A DNA stretch of 64,000 nucleotides from a virus. The stretch is taken from IMG/VR virus record IMGVR_UViG_3300045988_154892; one strand, given 5' to 3'. The stretch's first letter is position 1. Each line of letters starts with the position of its first letter. Below the pieces are notes generated by a model, which was not told the DNA's origin, did not search any database, and was given only the letters and a program-made list of their open reading frames with translations. A program made the translations under genes and the position numbers. Below, piece by piece: positions 1 through 9,564 of the stretch.

Positions 1-401
1 CATCTGCCTTCGCCGTGCTTTCCCTCTTTGAAAAACTTATCAAAAGCATCTGCAGCAGGTAACGAACTTCCACCAAAAAAACTTGGATAATCGCTCATTC
101 CTCCTTCATTTGTTATAGCATACAAACCAGAACCTTCGGATGATACCGACGTTTTAACCCCAGTTTTGAAATTATTTGTTCTTTTATAAACAGATCCTTC
201 ATCATGTTTATAATATTCTGCTAATGCCTCATCTTTTAATTCATTCATTTTTGGCTGTAAATCTATAGCAACTTGATTTGCAATTTCTGAAGAAATGTTA
301 TTTAATCTTTTTACTTTTTTTTCGTTTTTTTCAATTGCTTCTTCACATTCTTTCAATAAGTCATTGATCGAATTAAAAAGTCCATCCATAGATATAGACA
401 T
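1..401 (-). CDS. hypothetical phage protein, N-terminal part (ORF continues past window start)
   Basis: Uninterrupted minus-strand frame from ATG 401-399 (MSISMDGLFNSINDLLKECEE...), GGAG RBS upstream. Absent from ORF track because no stop lies inside the window. Confidence 0.6.
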   Translation of the reverse strand, partial: MSISMDGLFNSINDLLKECEEAIEKNEKKVKRLNNISSEIANQVAIDLQPKMNELKDEALAEYYKHDEGSVYKRTNNFKTGVKTSVSSEGSGLYAITNEGGMSDYPSFFGGSSLPAADAFDKFFKEGKHGEGR

Positions 402-472
402 GATATATATCTCCTTGTTATAGAAAAATCTTCTGACATTTGACTGCCAGAAGATTTAATTAATTCTTATTT

Positions 473-1081
473 TTATTTATTCTTTTCTGTCATTCTTTTC
501 TGTACATCCATTACGGTATCAACCATCACATCTCGAATTGCTTTTGCGTTAAGCATTTTACTTTCATTCATTTTTTTAAGAATATTCATAATCATTCCAA
601 TGCTTTCTGGATTTTCAAGAATAGGTTTTGCGGCAACCTGAACATTTCGTCCAATATTTGCTACAGCATTTGCCATTTCTGCAATTTCCGTATACATTTC
701 ATGTTTTTCATCCGTACAATGAATCATCTTTTGTAGTTTAAAATCTACAATCTTTTGTACACTTTCCATCACATGGTTTTTGGTATTAATGTATGTAAAA
801 TTAATATCATTTTTCTTATCTGATTTATCTACATTGTAAAAAAATTTATTTACATGTGCGTGAAGATTTTTATCTTGCATAACACAATCATAGATTACAT
901 CGTCTTTTTCAAATTCGACACCTTCAATAAAATATGAAGCAATTGCCACGATAAGTGCAGCTTCCTTATTCCACGGTGTATACTCACCGCCTTCAAACAT
1001 ATAATCTACAATGAAGTCAATTGCATTTTTCTCATCTGCAAGTGTAATAACCGGTTTGATTTTTACATATTTTGTAATCAT
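473..1081 (-). CDS. hypothetical phage protein
   Basis: 202-aa ORF. Its ATG overlaps the TGA of upstream ORF 1078-1281 (ATGA coupling). Confidence 0.65.
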   Translation of the reverse strand: MITKYVKIKPVITLADEKNAIDFIVDYMFEGGEYTPWNKEAALIVAIASYFIEGVEFEKDDVIYDCVMQDKNLHAHVNKFFYNVDKSDKKNDINFTYINTKNHVMESVQKIVDFKLQKMIHCTDEKHEMYTEIAEMANAVANIGRNVQVAAKPILENPESIGMIMNILKKMNESKMLNAKAIRDVMVDTVMDVQKRMTEKNK

Positions 1082-1281
1082 TTATTTTCTCCTTTTTGTT
1101 CCTGATAAACTCTAACTTCCCAATGATATCCGTCATCTGTATGAATACTATATTTATCAGAATAAGCATCATACTTCACCTGACAGATCTGGGAAGAGTT
1201 TTCTACTATTTTGAAATACAAGTGTGACGGCAAACAATAATTTCTCTTTTTTAAAATATCATCTATTTCACTGGAGTACAT
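1078..1281 (-). CDS. hypothetical phage protein
   Basis: 67-aa ORF overlapping both neighbours in a co-directional operon. Confidence 0.55.
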   Translation of the reverse strand: MYSSEIDDILKKRNYCLPSHLYFKIVENSSQICQVKYDAYSDKYSIHTDDGYHWEVRVYQEQKGENK

Positions 1282-1792
1282 TGTTTACCTCGCATGTATC
1301 TTTTATAAACTGCTTAACGTCATAAGAATAATTTACCTTTTTAATGTGTGACTGCACACGTACAGTATCGTATTTTGCTAAATCCTTTTGATTAAAAGAC
1401 TTTTTGCCTATTTCTGAAATCATCTTGTTAAATTCCTGAATACTCATAAAATATGTATCATTGTTTTCTGTTCGAAAATTGAATAAAAATCCTGCAATTA
1501 AATTATGTTCGCTTGCGTCCGTAAGCTCATCAATTTGATTCTTTCGAATCATGCTTAGTGGGATACTTGTACCCTTAGTTGATTTTTGCTCTAAACAATA
1601 GAGTGTTTTTGACTTGTCATCTAAAACCAAACAATCACACATGTTATGACTTGCAAATCTTGTATTTTCACCAGATGCAAAGCTGGCTGCATTATCTTTC
1701 AAGCGATAGTACCAAACGTCTGGTAATTTATTAACAGAGTTTTTCCAATCAGCTTCAAATTGTTTTCCTGCGTTAATGGCGATTAAAATCAC
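1268..1792 (-). CDS. PD-(D/E)XK nuclease, RecU-like Holliday junction resolvase
   Basis: GKQFEADWKNS N-terminus and MCDCLVLDD...LYCLEQKSTKG resemble the RecU D...E-x-K catalytic layout. Start is GTG with a poorly spaced RBS. Confidence 0.5.
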   Translation of the reverse strand: MILIAINAGKQFEADWKNSVNKLPDVWYYRLKDNAASFASGENTRFASHNMCDCLVLDDKSKTLYCLEQKSTKGTSIPLSMIRKNQIDELTDASEHNLIAGFLFNFRTENNDTYFMSIQEFNKMISEIGKKSFNQKDLAKYDTVRVQSHIKKVNYSYDVKQFIKDTCEVNNVLQ

Positions 1793-1802
1793 TTCCTTCT
1801 AT

Positions 1803-1846
1803 ATACAATAAAGCGGGAGAGTAGTGTTCAGTCATTTCTACTCTCC
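1803..1846 (-). terminator. terminator-like hairpin between structured RNA and RecU-like gene
   Basis: Minus strand GGAGAGUAG-13 nt-CUACUCUCC followed by CGCUUUAUUGUAUAU. The U-tract is weak. Confidence 0.4.
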
Positions 1847-1921
1847 ACAAAGAAAATGCCCTTACCAGGCGACTGAACTTTGGTCTAGTAAAAGCATTTT
1901 GGATGTGTTATAATAGTTAAA

Positions 1922-2176
1922 CGGTCACAAGTTCTTAGTCTGTAATTTCAGAAGAAAGTTCTTGGTGATATCTATGTTCTATGAAATGTATCCATTTCTC
2001 GTTCACGTATGTGCTTATTGGCGCTTCCGTCTTAATAGATGGGAATACGTTAGGGAGCACTGGCGTTCTTATCCTTCCCGATAGGATAGAACACCACGCT
2101 TTGTAATTTTCCAGTAGAACCAGGGTTGAGCTTTCTGATAAAAACTTAACACGTCTATTGTGGGAACCTGTGACCG
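1922..2176 (-). ncRNA. structured RNA element, copy A (paralog of 27023-27291)
   Basis: 13-bp closing helix 2176-2164/1934-1922 with one U-G pair legal only on the minus strand. Conserved blocks and covarying hairpins shared with copy B. The 88-aa ORF 1935-2201 inside it has no RBS. Confidence 0.6.
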
Positions 2177-2209
2177 CTTTTTTACTTTCAATGAAATTCA
2201 TCTTTCAAA

Positions 2210-2887
2210 TTATTTCTTTTCATTGAATTTTAATTTTACTTCAACTGGTAATACAGGGAGATGCTCCATACAATAGTTAAACTTTGCATCTCCCGTATGG
2301 TTTCCGCCTATGGCGTTGTACGTTGCGTGAATACTGATAAACTCCTCAACCTCATCTTCTGGAATTCCATTATTAGCCAAATAAAATTTATATTTTTGGT
2401 TAATGCGATCCGCCAAAGATTCTTTTTGAGCTTGAATTAAATTTTTGATTTGTTCTTGTTCTTTTTCATCTGATTTAACAATTTGAGATATATTATCTTT
2501 TAATTCTTGCTGGATTTGTAAACTTTGTTTTCTATCATGGATTCTATTCTCAGAATATGTATTCACAATATTTTGCGTATCCGTGATAGCTTTACGGATC
2601 TCTTCCAGATATTGATCTAGATTTTCTTGTATTTTCTTATCATGTTTTATTGATTGACTGACATCTTCTTCACGTTGTTTTGAAAGTTCTTTTACCTCTT
2701 TTGCTGTATTTATAAGCAATTCATGTTCTTCTTTTTTCTCGCGCATTGCTTTTGTTTCAATGCCCAAGAATTCAAATAAAAACCAATGTAATACTTGAAT
2801 AATTGCCTGAAATCCTAGCAACGCTACAAAGATTGTTATTCCGAACGCCTTCCAGTCTATGCCAAAAAAGTCACGTATAGGTTCCAC
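2210..2887 (-). CDS. membrane-anchored coiled-coil protein, function unknown
   Basis: 225-aa ORF with an N-terminal hydrophobic helix (GITIFVALLGFQAIIQVLHWFLF) followed by E/K/Q-rich sequence. Confidence 0.6.
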   Translation of the reverse strand: MEPIRDFFGIDWKAFGITIFVALLGFQAIIQVLHWFLFEFLGIETKAMREKKEEHELLINTAKEVKELSKQREEDVSQSIKHDKKIQENLDQYLEEIRKAITDTQNIVNTYSENRIHDRKQSLQIQQELKDNISQIVKSDEKEQEQIKNLIQAQKESLADRINQKYKFYLANNGIPEDEVEEFISIHATYNAIGGNHTGDAKFNYCMEHLPVLPVEVKLKFNEKK

Positions 2888-2903
2888 ATTGCACCTACAC
2901 TTT

Positions 2904-3164
2904 CTAAGCCTTTGGCTCTGTGTAAGTCATAGCATTCTCTGAATCGCCAGCACCAGCAGTAGTAGGATCAATAACAATACCTAAAATAGCGAGCACAACG
3001 AATGCCGCATTAACAACATTTACAAGGTTATTTCCAAGTTCACTCAGATCAATCGTAAATCCAAACACTGCAGCAACAGCCTGGATTAATACAATAACTG
3101 CTGGAATTAGAGAAATCCAGAACATTTTATTTTTTGCTCTTACGAGCCAGTTAATATTTTTCAT
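2904..3164 (-). CDS. phage holin (phi LC3 / holin_1-like)
   Basis: MKNINWLVRAKNKMFWISLIPAVIVLIQAVAAVFG...DPTTAGAGDSENAMTYTEPK matches the small two-TM holin pattern of Gram-positive phages. Confidence 0.8.
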   Translation of the reverse strand: MKNINWLVRAKNKMFWISLIPAVIVLIQAVAAVFGFTIDLSELGNNLVNVVNAAFVVLAILGIVIDPTTAGAGDSENAMTYTEPKA

Positions 3165-3169
3165 ATTCG

Positions 3170-3418
3170 TTACCCTCCATAGTTTTTGATCAGGTCGTAT
3201 GATATTCTCAATGGAACAACGAAAAAATAAGTATCATTGTCTTTCGTATCATGCCGGTAATATTGAATATATTTGTTTGCTAATTTTTGACTTGAAAACT
3301 TTGTGCATGATTCGATATCCGAGAAACAATATGATCCCATGTGGAGAGATTTAAGATATGTTCCATCAGCAGTCGCTAATACATATCTAAAAATTTCTTT
3401 TTCTTGTATATATTCCAT
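3170..3418 (-). CDS. hypothetical phage protein
   Basis: 82-aa ORF tightly packed in the operon. Confidence 0.55.
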   Translation of the reverse strand: MEYIQEKEIFRYVLATADGTYLKSLHMGSYCFSDIESCTKFSSQKLANKYIQYYRHDTKDNDTYFFVVPLRISYDLIKNYGG

Positions 3419-3421
3419 ATG

Positions 3422-3646
3422 TTATTCCAATTCATAATTACACCACTGCTGGTATACTTGTGCAGAATCCTTTCTTGAAAAAATCATCACAATAATATTT
3501 CGATCATTTTTTGGATCTACGCTCGTATAAATATCAATTGGAAATACTCCGTTTTTGATATACAAAAGATATTGCTTCGGATTTACAATCCTGCAGACAT
3601 CTTTTTCAGAATAATCATACGGCTTTAAGTGTGTTTCAATTTTCAT
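3422..3646 (-). CDS. hypothetical phage protein
   Basis: 74-aa ORF tightly packed in the operon. Confidence 0.55.
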   Translation of the reverse strand: MKIETHLKPYDYSEKDVCRIVNPKQYLLYIKNGVFPIDIYTSVDPKNDRNIIVMIFSRKDSAQVYQQWCNYELE

Positions 3647-3746
3647 CCTTTTTCTCCTGTTTAAATAGCGTAAAAAATAGGGATATACAAATTGAATAGT
3701 GGTAAATTTATTTGTATATCCCTAAAAATTAAATCACTATTCAAAA

Positions 3747-4064
3747 TCATTTTTTATCTCCTTCTGCAGGAGTCTTATTGACAGTTTTCTTTGCTATTTC
3801 TTTCTTTGTTAACTCTGTCAATACCGTTGTAATGTCATCAGAATATTTATCTATTTCCAATTTACAATTAGAAATCATATCTTTTGCATATTCCTTATTG
3901 TAGACGCCATCTTTGTATCCTGTAACGGCATCAAAAATATCATGGCAGTCCTTTGAGTCAAAGATTAACATCCAAGACGGTTTTGCTGCATCGTCCTCAC
4001 AAACAGGACAATATGTATATTCTTTTCCACAGACAATACAATTTCTTTTAATCTTTTTTGCCAT
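3747..4064 (-). CDS. hypothetical zinc-ribbon protein
   Basis: 105-aa ORF with CxxC...CxxC (CIVCGKEYTYCPVC) near the N-terminus. Confidence 0.6.
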   Translation of the reverse strand: MAKKIKRNCIVCGKEYTYCPVCEDDAAKPSWMLIFDSKDCHDIFDAVTGYKDGVYNKEYAKDMISNCKLEIDKYSDDITTVLTELTKKEIAKKTVNKTPAEGDKK

Positions 4065-4115
4065 TAATTCTCCTTAATAAAACGGCTGGCATATTTCAGC
4101 CAGCCATATCATTTA

Positions 4116-4907
4116 TCACTCGTCCTCTTCAATATCATCTTCTGCCATATAGAATTCATACAGAGATTTATCAGTAGAGCAGTAGTCTACCTGGAGATCT
4201 CCTTTGTATTCTAGCTGTGCATCAGTGGTAAGCTGCAGAGAAATCTCTGGGGATACCTGGAAAGATGGAAGCACAATATAGCAAGCACGAAGAGTGTCAA
4301 CAGAACATGGATCTACGCACAGAGCCTTAAGAGTAAGGCGTACGGTAGATGGGAATTTGTCTGCTTTGTTCTTAATCGCAAAACCGCTAGTAACATCACG
4401 ATCATATTTAACAATAAATAGTGTAGTGCTATCATCGGTCGGTAGATCAAGTTTCTTAGATGCGGTAGTATAACCAAATTCAGTAGCAGACGCCGCAGTA
4501 CTTTGTTTATAAGCTTTGCCCATAGAGCCATTTGCGCCCCATGCATTTACTTTAATTGTACCTTCTTTTGCATCTGTAAGAGTAAGAGCTGTACCAGCTT
4601 TTACAGTCATGATTTTTGGCATAGTAATCTTTGCAGAAGCAGAAGCTTCTTGTACACCAGTACCTGCAGCAGCACCAACAATATTAGTGTTGATCATCGC
4701 ATTATTTGCAGTATATGTACCAGTTTTTCCTTGCCAGAATTTCTTAATCAGAGTACCTCTTTGGTCAGTGGCATCTTTAGATTCAGCAGAAATATCAATG
4801 GTAGAATCGGCTAACTGGGACAGAGCATACAGAGGGTTGCCGTCTAAGGACTCTGCATAACCAGTTAGAATTCTATCAATGATAATATCACCTAACATAA
4901 AACTCAT
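4116..4907 (-). CDS. major tail protein-like structural protein
   Basis: Start moved to MSFMLGD (ATG 4907-4905) behind an AAGGAGG RBS. Ala/Thr/Gly-rich beta-type sequence with an acidic C-terminus, located downstream of the head genes. Confidence 0.55.
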   Translation of the reverse strand: MSFMLGDIIIDRILTGYAESLDGNPLYALSQLADSTIDISAESKDATDQRGTLIKKFWQGKTGTYTANNAMINTNIVGAAAGTGVQEASASAKITMPKIMTVKAGTALTLTDAKEGTIKVNAWGANGSMGKAYKQSTAASATEFGYTTASKKLDLPTDDSTTLFIVKYDRDVTSGFAIKNKADKFPSTVRLTLKALCVDPCSVDTLRACYIVLPSFQVSPEISLQLTTDAQLEYKGDLQVDYCSTDKSLYEFYMAEDDIEEDE

Positions 4908-4953
4908 AGTGTTTTCCTCCTTATTTTGTTTTTGTAAAATAAAAGACCAGGAA

Positions 4954-5829
4954 TTATTTCCTGATCTGTTTAATACGTTCATTTATTTTCGACCGATCAG
5001 AATTGACCTGTTCGGTTTTATTTTCATTTTGTTTTTGTGGTAGAACTTTTTTAGGCGTTGTCGAACGCATAAAATTAAATTGCTCCTTTGGGATTTTTTT
5101 CGTATCACAGAATCCGCTGTAAGATCCGCCTAGAAGTGCATGTGTAGCTTCATAGATTTGTAGTCGCTGAACACTATCCATGAATTCATAAATACCAACA
5201 TTTTTTAACTGTTCCGTCGTGTATTTAAATCCAGGGTGATTAACACAAAAAGAAATCATCGGTAGAAGAGTAGATTCATTTTGATTATTAGCAGCAGCCT
5301 TTTTCATTTGAATAGCTAGATTCTGTTCATCTTCATCAATGATGGCTTCTTTTGTAGCTCGTCCTTTTGCTTTTTCTACTTTTGGATGTCGATTAAACAT
5401 TGTCCGTAAATATTGAGCCATATATTGATATATAGCCTCATCCAAAACAACGTTTTGATCTTGATCACAAAGCACAATATTCTCTTCTTTATCAACATAT
5501 TGAATCAACTGAGAAAAATCATAACCATCAAAAACCAACTCTGTAATTTCTGGTTGTAAGCTACGATACGTCATCAAAAAGAGTTGATATTCAGAAAGTT
5601 TGTTCCAATCTATACCAGCTTTCCATAAATATAACCTATGAGTCGTTGGATTGGTAACAAACGGCGAGATAGAAGCATTCAGTTTATCTTCTCCAAAAGA
5701 TACAATATTCCCTATTGTTGGTTGCACAATTTTAATAATATTATTTACTACAAGATCTTCTGCAAAATATAATTTAAGCTGATCAAATTTAAAATCATAT
5801 TTTTTTGTGTCTTTGTTTGTTTCAGTCAT
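4954..5829 (-). CDS. hypothetical virion-module protein
   Basis: 291-aa ORF. Its start overlaps the stop of ORF 5829-6476. Confidence 0.6.
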   Translation of the reverse strand: MTETNKDTKKYDFKFDQLKLYFAEDLVVNNIIKIVQPTIGNIVSFGEDKLNASISPFVTNPTTHRLYLWKAGIDWNKLSEYQLFLMTYRSLQPEITELVFDGYDFSQLIQYVDKEENIVLCDQDQNVVLDEAIYQYMAQYLRTMFNRHPKVEKAKGRATKEAIIDEDEQNLAIQMKKAAANNQNESTLLPMISFCVNHPGFKYTTEQLKNVGIYEFMDSVQRLQIYEATHALLGGSYSGFCDTKKIPKEQFNFMRSTTPKKVLPQKQNENKTEQVNSDRSKINERIKQIRK

Positions 5830-6476
5830 TAGACACTCCGAAATTTATTAATCATCTGTGTCTTACCATTGATTGTTTTTGTAAGAGCGTTCGTATTTGT
5901 TGCTTCAAATACCACCTTACGAACAACATAGTTAGTGTCAGATGTATATTCAGAATTTAGACTCATGGAACATTGTGTTCCTAAAATATTCGACCAGTTG
6001 AATTTCTCTCTTAGAATGCTGGCTATAAGATCATGTCTTGGAATACCTGTAGGTTCATCGATCGTGTCTTTTGTATGAATAAAAATAAGCATTGTTAAAG
6101 ATGCATATTTTTCAACTGAATTATATTTTGGAGTATCCTTAAATCCCGTCTGATAGCATAGAAAATTTCTAGCATGATCCTGAACTTCAGGAAAGAACAG
6201 ATATGGTCTAATATTTCCATTTGCTCCAAAATAACGATCCCATTCACCTAAAGGTTCTCCATTCTCGTCAACATTGAGATTTCCATCATCATCAAATAAC
6301 TCATCTTCAAGATCTGTCTCGTGGAGAGCATATAACAACTCTGGACAGTGAAGAAGAGCGTTTTTTACTTTTTCTTTTACACGAATGTTTTCGTCATCCT
6401 GTGTTTCTGCATAAGATTGTAATTTATTTAGAAGACCTTTTCTGTCTTCAAAATCATAGATATATTTTTCCGACAT
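5829..6476 (-). CDS. hypothetical virion-module protein
   Basis: 215-aa ORF in the structural operon. Confidence 0.6.
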   Translation of the reverse strand: MSEKYIYDFEDRKGLLNKLQSYAETQDDENIRVKEKVKNALLHCPELLYALHETDLEDELFDDDGNLNVDENGEPLGEWDRYFGANGNIRPYLFFPEVQDHARNFLCYQTGFKDTPKYNSVEKYASLTMLIFIHTKDTIDEPTGIPRHDLIASILREKFNWSNILGTQCSMSLNSEYTSDTNYVVRKVVFEATNTNALTKTINGKTQMINKFRSV

Positions 6477-6484
6477 AAAACCTC

Positions 6485-7175
6485 CTAAATTGAAATTTCA
6501 TATTGCGTTGTAGTTTCAAAAGATTGTCCATCTTTTTCAACAGTGCATACAATATCAAGTATATGATCTAAATAAGTTCTATCATTTGGAAATTTAATTT
6601 TGATTTGATTGTTAGATTTAACTACAAACCATGTAACCTTTTCAGTTAAGTCTTCTTCATCGACCGAACATTTCCATGAAAAAGTTGCATTAGAATAGTT
6701 GTCCGTTATCTCATTATGATCATCGTCATAAATCTTTAACGTTAATAACTTATAAGTGCCTCCAACTTTAATTTTTGGAGTAGAAGATATGATTTCAGAA
6801 TTTAATTTATTTGTAATAGGATCTGGTTCGATTGGCTCAATATCAGAATCATAATAATCAGCCCACATTCCTATAATATTTCCATCAGAATCTTTTTCAA
6901 TATAATCTTTGTTTTGATCAAAATAATCCTGATAGATAACAAGCTTCTGAATACCAATTGGTTGCGCATTTTCCACTTTACTGATTTTCCATGCTACAGG
7001 ATGATCGGTATAGGCACTAACTAAAACACGCATATTTTTGTTTTGGTCTGTTGAATACCAGATTTTTTCTGTAATACGGTTAAGAGGAAGCCAGATTTTA
7101 TCCTGGTTCTCTTGTTTTGTCATATATGTATCAGTCCAAAGGCCGCTGTTGTCTTGTAATGTGTTACTTTGCAAA
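6485..7175 (-). CDS. virion-module protein, proposed exon 2 (C-terminal half) of an intron-split gene
   Basis: The frame is open from 7192 but has no ATG or RBS; the ORF track starts it at a TTG. It joins in frame to 7468-8024 if 7176-7467 is removed. Confidence 0.5.
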
Positions 7176-7467
7176 CACGCTACGTTTACAAAGAATTATT
7201 TATAAAATAATTTTTCTCTATGTCTCCATAGAGTTCAGAGCACATCAACACCATATCTAAAAAGACTTAGGTGGTTCCCATTAACCCGCTTGGGTACTTG
7301 CTCGTTGAACGTTCTTCCTACATAAATAAGAAGCTTCACTGCTGATTGTCTCTATTTATCAGATTGTCACACTTAACTGTACTGATAACCTAACAAGATT
7401 TCCCAGCATAAAGAGAACTTTCGACATACCGTTTCCGATATGAAGCGCACAACTATACGAACTTTGC
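7176..7467 (-). ncRNA. candidate group I self-splicing intron (ORF-less)
   Basis: Exon end GAGAAU pairs with internal GUUCUC (7418-7413) with a U-G at the junction. The last intron nucleotide is G (7176). Two GNRA-capped hairpins (7442-7425 GAAA, 7233-7216 GAGA). Excision keeps the reading frame. Confidence 0.5.
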
Positions 7468-8024
7468 ATTCTCAAGACTGCCCACATTTTCCTCTTAATT
7501 TTTCTATGACCATCTCGTTCAACCCATTCCAACTGATAATTGCATGGAAGGACAGAATATTTAATGAATTGATTCCCTATGTTTTTTGAAACAATCATCC
7601 ATTTTTCATAGACGCCCATATCATTGGGTAAATCCACGTAAAAACCGATCGGAAATTGCGTTTTGAATTTCCTGTGATAATCTGTTTCAAAATAATATAA
7701 GTCATCATTTTCTTCAAAGGTAAGTTTTTGTCTTGGACGAAATTGTAAATGATATTCGACTTGATCTTGTGATATTGATCCATACTGAGTTACAATAAAT
7801 TTTGCATCAATAGGTGTTTTAGTTGTATTTTCATAGGTCATATTCTGATTTTTATCTGGCTGGTCATCATGGTAAAAATCATAGATATAACACTTTTTGG
7901 ATTGGATATCGTTATCCCAGGTAAGATCCATAAGGTCATCAGATATGTTTTTCAGATTTTCGCCTACAGTACCAGATATCCCTACTGCTTGATACATTTT
8001 TTGCATTTCTTCAAATGAAGGCAT
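7468..8024 (-). CDS. virion-module protein, proposed exon 1 (N-terminal half)
   Basis: Start at MPSFEEMQKMYQ (ATG 8024-8022) behind a GAGGAGG RBS. If unspliced it reads through about 35 unrelated codons to a stop at 7359. Confidence 0.55.
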
Positions 8025-8028
8025 AGTA

Positions 8029-8358
8029 TTACACCTCCTCAATCTTAAGAACTGCCATTCCAGCATCCAATATTAGTTTTCTATATTTCCAGTATTTAAA
8101 CATTGGACTGTTGTAAAGATTTTGAGCTGCTTGCAACAAACTCATTGTGTCCGCAATAGCGAGAGGATATAGTAGAAGAGTGTTGTACCCATCTAATTTA
8201 TCCAACAAATTCTCAAAAGTTTTATTGACATCGACATTTGGATAGCTATCCGCTGTTTTTGGATCTACACACAATAATAAAAAGAAAATTGATCCACGAA
8301 TTGATTTTTGAATCTCTTCAACTTGATTATGAGGTATATTGCCATATAAATATTTCAT
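8029..8358 (-). CDS. hypothetical head-tail region protein
   Basis: 109-aa ORF overlapping the upstream ORF by 4 nt. Confidence 0.6.
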   Translation of the reverse strand: MKYLYGNIPHNQVEEIQKSIRGSIFFLLLCVDPKTADSYPNVDVNKTFENLLDKLDGYNTLLLYPLAIADTMSLLQAAQNLYNSPMFKYWKYRKLILDAGMAVLKIEEV

Positions 8359-8813
8359 GTTGTACCTCCGTCAAGATAAGAATTATATTCGTATCCATGA
8401 TCTCGAATGTATTTTCTGAGATTTCTTTTTAACTGTTCCAATCGATCAATATTATTCTTATAATTAGACTGCAATTTCTTTTCTTCTTTTCCACCGATCA
8501 TCATAGAAATATTTAAAATACTTTCTACTTGTGGTTGCATCCAAGAAATAACCATATATTGTGTTAAAATACTAAAAACAAATTCTTTATCTGATTCTTC
8601 GTCGATTGAATTATCTAACTCGAAAGTTATTTCTTCCATATCATCATCTAAACTAATTTGAGAAAATATTTTTCGAATATAAGGCTCTGCCACAGCATTA
8701 TGTAGCCAACCAGCCATTAGATTTGTCACATATGATTTTTGCAATCTGTAGAAATTTGGATCTGTTATAAGAGGATAAAATCGTTCAAATATATTTTCAT
8801 AATCGTAGGTCAT
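8355..8813 (-). CDS. hypothetical head-tail region protein
   Basis: 152-aa ORF downstream of the capsid genes. Confidence 0.6.
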   Translation of the reverse strand: MTYDYENIFERFYPLITDPNFYRLQKSYVTNLMAGWLHNAVAEPYIRKIFSQISLDDDMEEITFELDNSIDEESDKEFVFSILTQYMVISWMQPQVESILNISMMIGGKEEKKLQSNYKNNIDRLEQLKRNLRKYIRDHGYEYNSYLDGGTT

Positions 8814-8835
8814 AATTCACCTCCGATCTTACTAA

Positions 8836-9492
8836 TTACATTTTTAGATCAAAACGAGTACCACAAACTTTGTCAATGATTTTCGCTTTGTTCCAATGTT
8901 CAAATGTACCATTTTCCATCTGAGTAGCGTAAATACCAATAATTCTATTTTTGGCGGTAATTGGTAACTGAATAAAAGCTGTTTCAAAATCACTATTAGG
9001 AAGATTCATAACTTTCTGAATATCTTCCTCGTTAAACATGCTTTCATAAACATCTTTTACTTCAAACCAATGATCATCATTAATTAGGTTTTCATCTTCG
9101 ATAATAATGTCTGGGTTAAAAATAGAACCTTTATGCTGAATCATTGCAGCTTTTAGATCTTGATATTCTACATTTCTGCGATCACCAGGGCCATTAAATG
9201 GATACACCATATGCGTATGATCCCCACTAAACAAGAAAACGCCTGGAAAAAGAGATCTGCAAGGAATCATCTCATCTGGCTTATAATCAGCATCTTTTTT
9301 TGATGTTTTCATCTGCTCAACTGAATCCATTTTTTTATTTACAGGTTGAATATAATTTGCCTTGACCATTTCTACAACATCATCGTCAAGGTTAGCCATA
9401 TGACTTTTGATACTAATGTCATTTTCCTGTAAAAGCTTAACGATATCAGAACTTGGTACATTAATTTGTTTTGCAAGTTCATAAACTTTCAT
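8836..9492 (-). CDS. hypothetical protein with IF2_N/Rho_N-like N-terminal motif
   Basis: MKVYELAKQINVPSSDIVKLLQENDISIKSHMANLDDD resembles the small helical IF2 N-terminal motif. Rest unknown. Confidence 0.5.
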   Translation of the reverse strand: MKVYELAKQINVPSSDIVKLLQENDISIKSHMANLDDDVVEMVKANYIQPVNKKMDSVEQMKTSKKDADYKPDEMIPCRSLFPGVFLFSGDHTHMVYPFNGPGDRRNVEYQDLKAAMIQHKGSIFNPDIIIEDENLINDDHWFEVKDVYESMFNEEDIQKVMNLPNSDFETAFIQLPITAKNRIIGIYATQMENGTFEHWNKAKIIDKVCGTRFDLKM

Positions 9493-9511
9493 AGTTATTT
9501 ATCCTTTCATT

Positions 9512-9545
9512 CATAAAAATAGGAGTGCAGTCAATCCACACTCCT
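9512..9545 (-). terminator. intrinsic terminator after capsid gene
   Basis: Minus strand AGGAGUG-11 nt-CACUCCU followed by AUUUUUAUG, 20 nt after the stop of 9565-10668. Confidence 0.7.
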
Positions 9546-9564
9546 AAAATAATTATACTTAAGA

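Noticed and set aside
1935-2201. 88-aa minus-strand ORF
   Set aside because: It lies entirely within structured RNA copy A, has no RBS, and has no equivalent ORF in the paralogous copy at 27023-27291.
4313-4860. ORFs 4313-4546 (-), 4503-4814 (+) and 4516-4860 (+)
   Set aside because: These are alternate-frame or antisense ORFs nested in the tail-protein gene. They have low-complexity composition and no RBS.
7166-7468. Reading the 8-nt direct repeat TGCAAAGT at both ends of 7176-7467 as proof of a transposon-like insertion
   Set aside because: This is kept only as an alternative. No terminal inverted repeats or transposase are present, whereas the P1 pairing, terminal G, GNRA hairpins and in-frame ligation fit an intron better.
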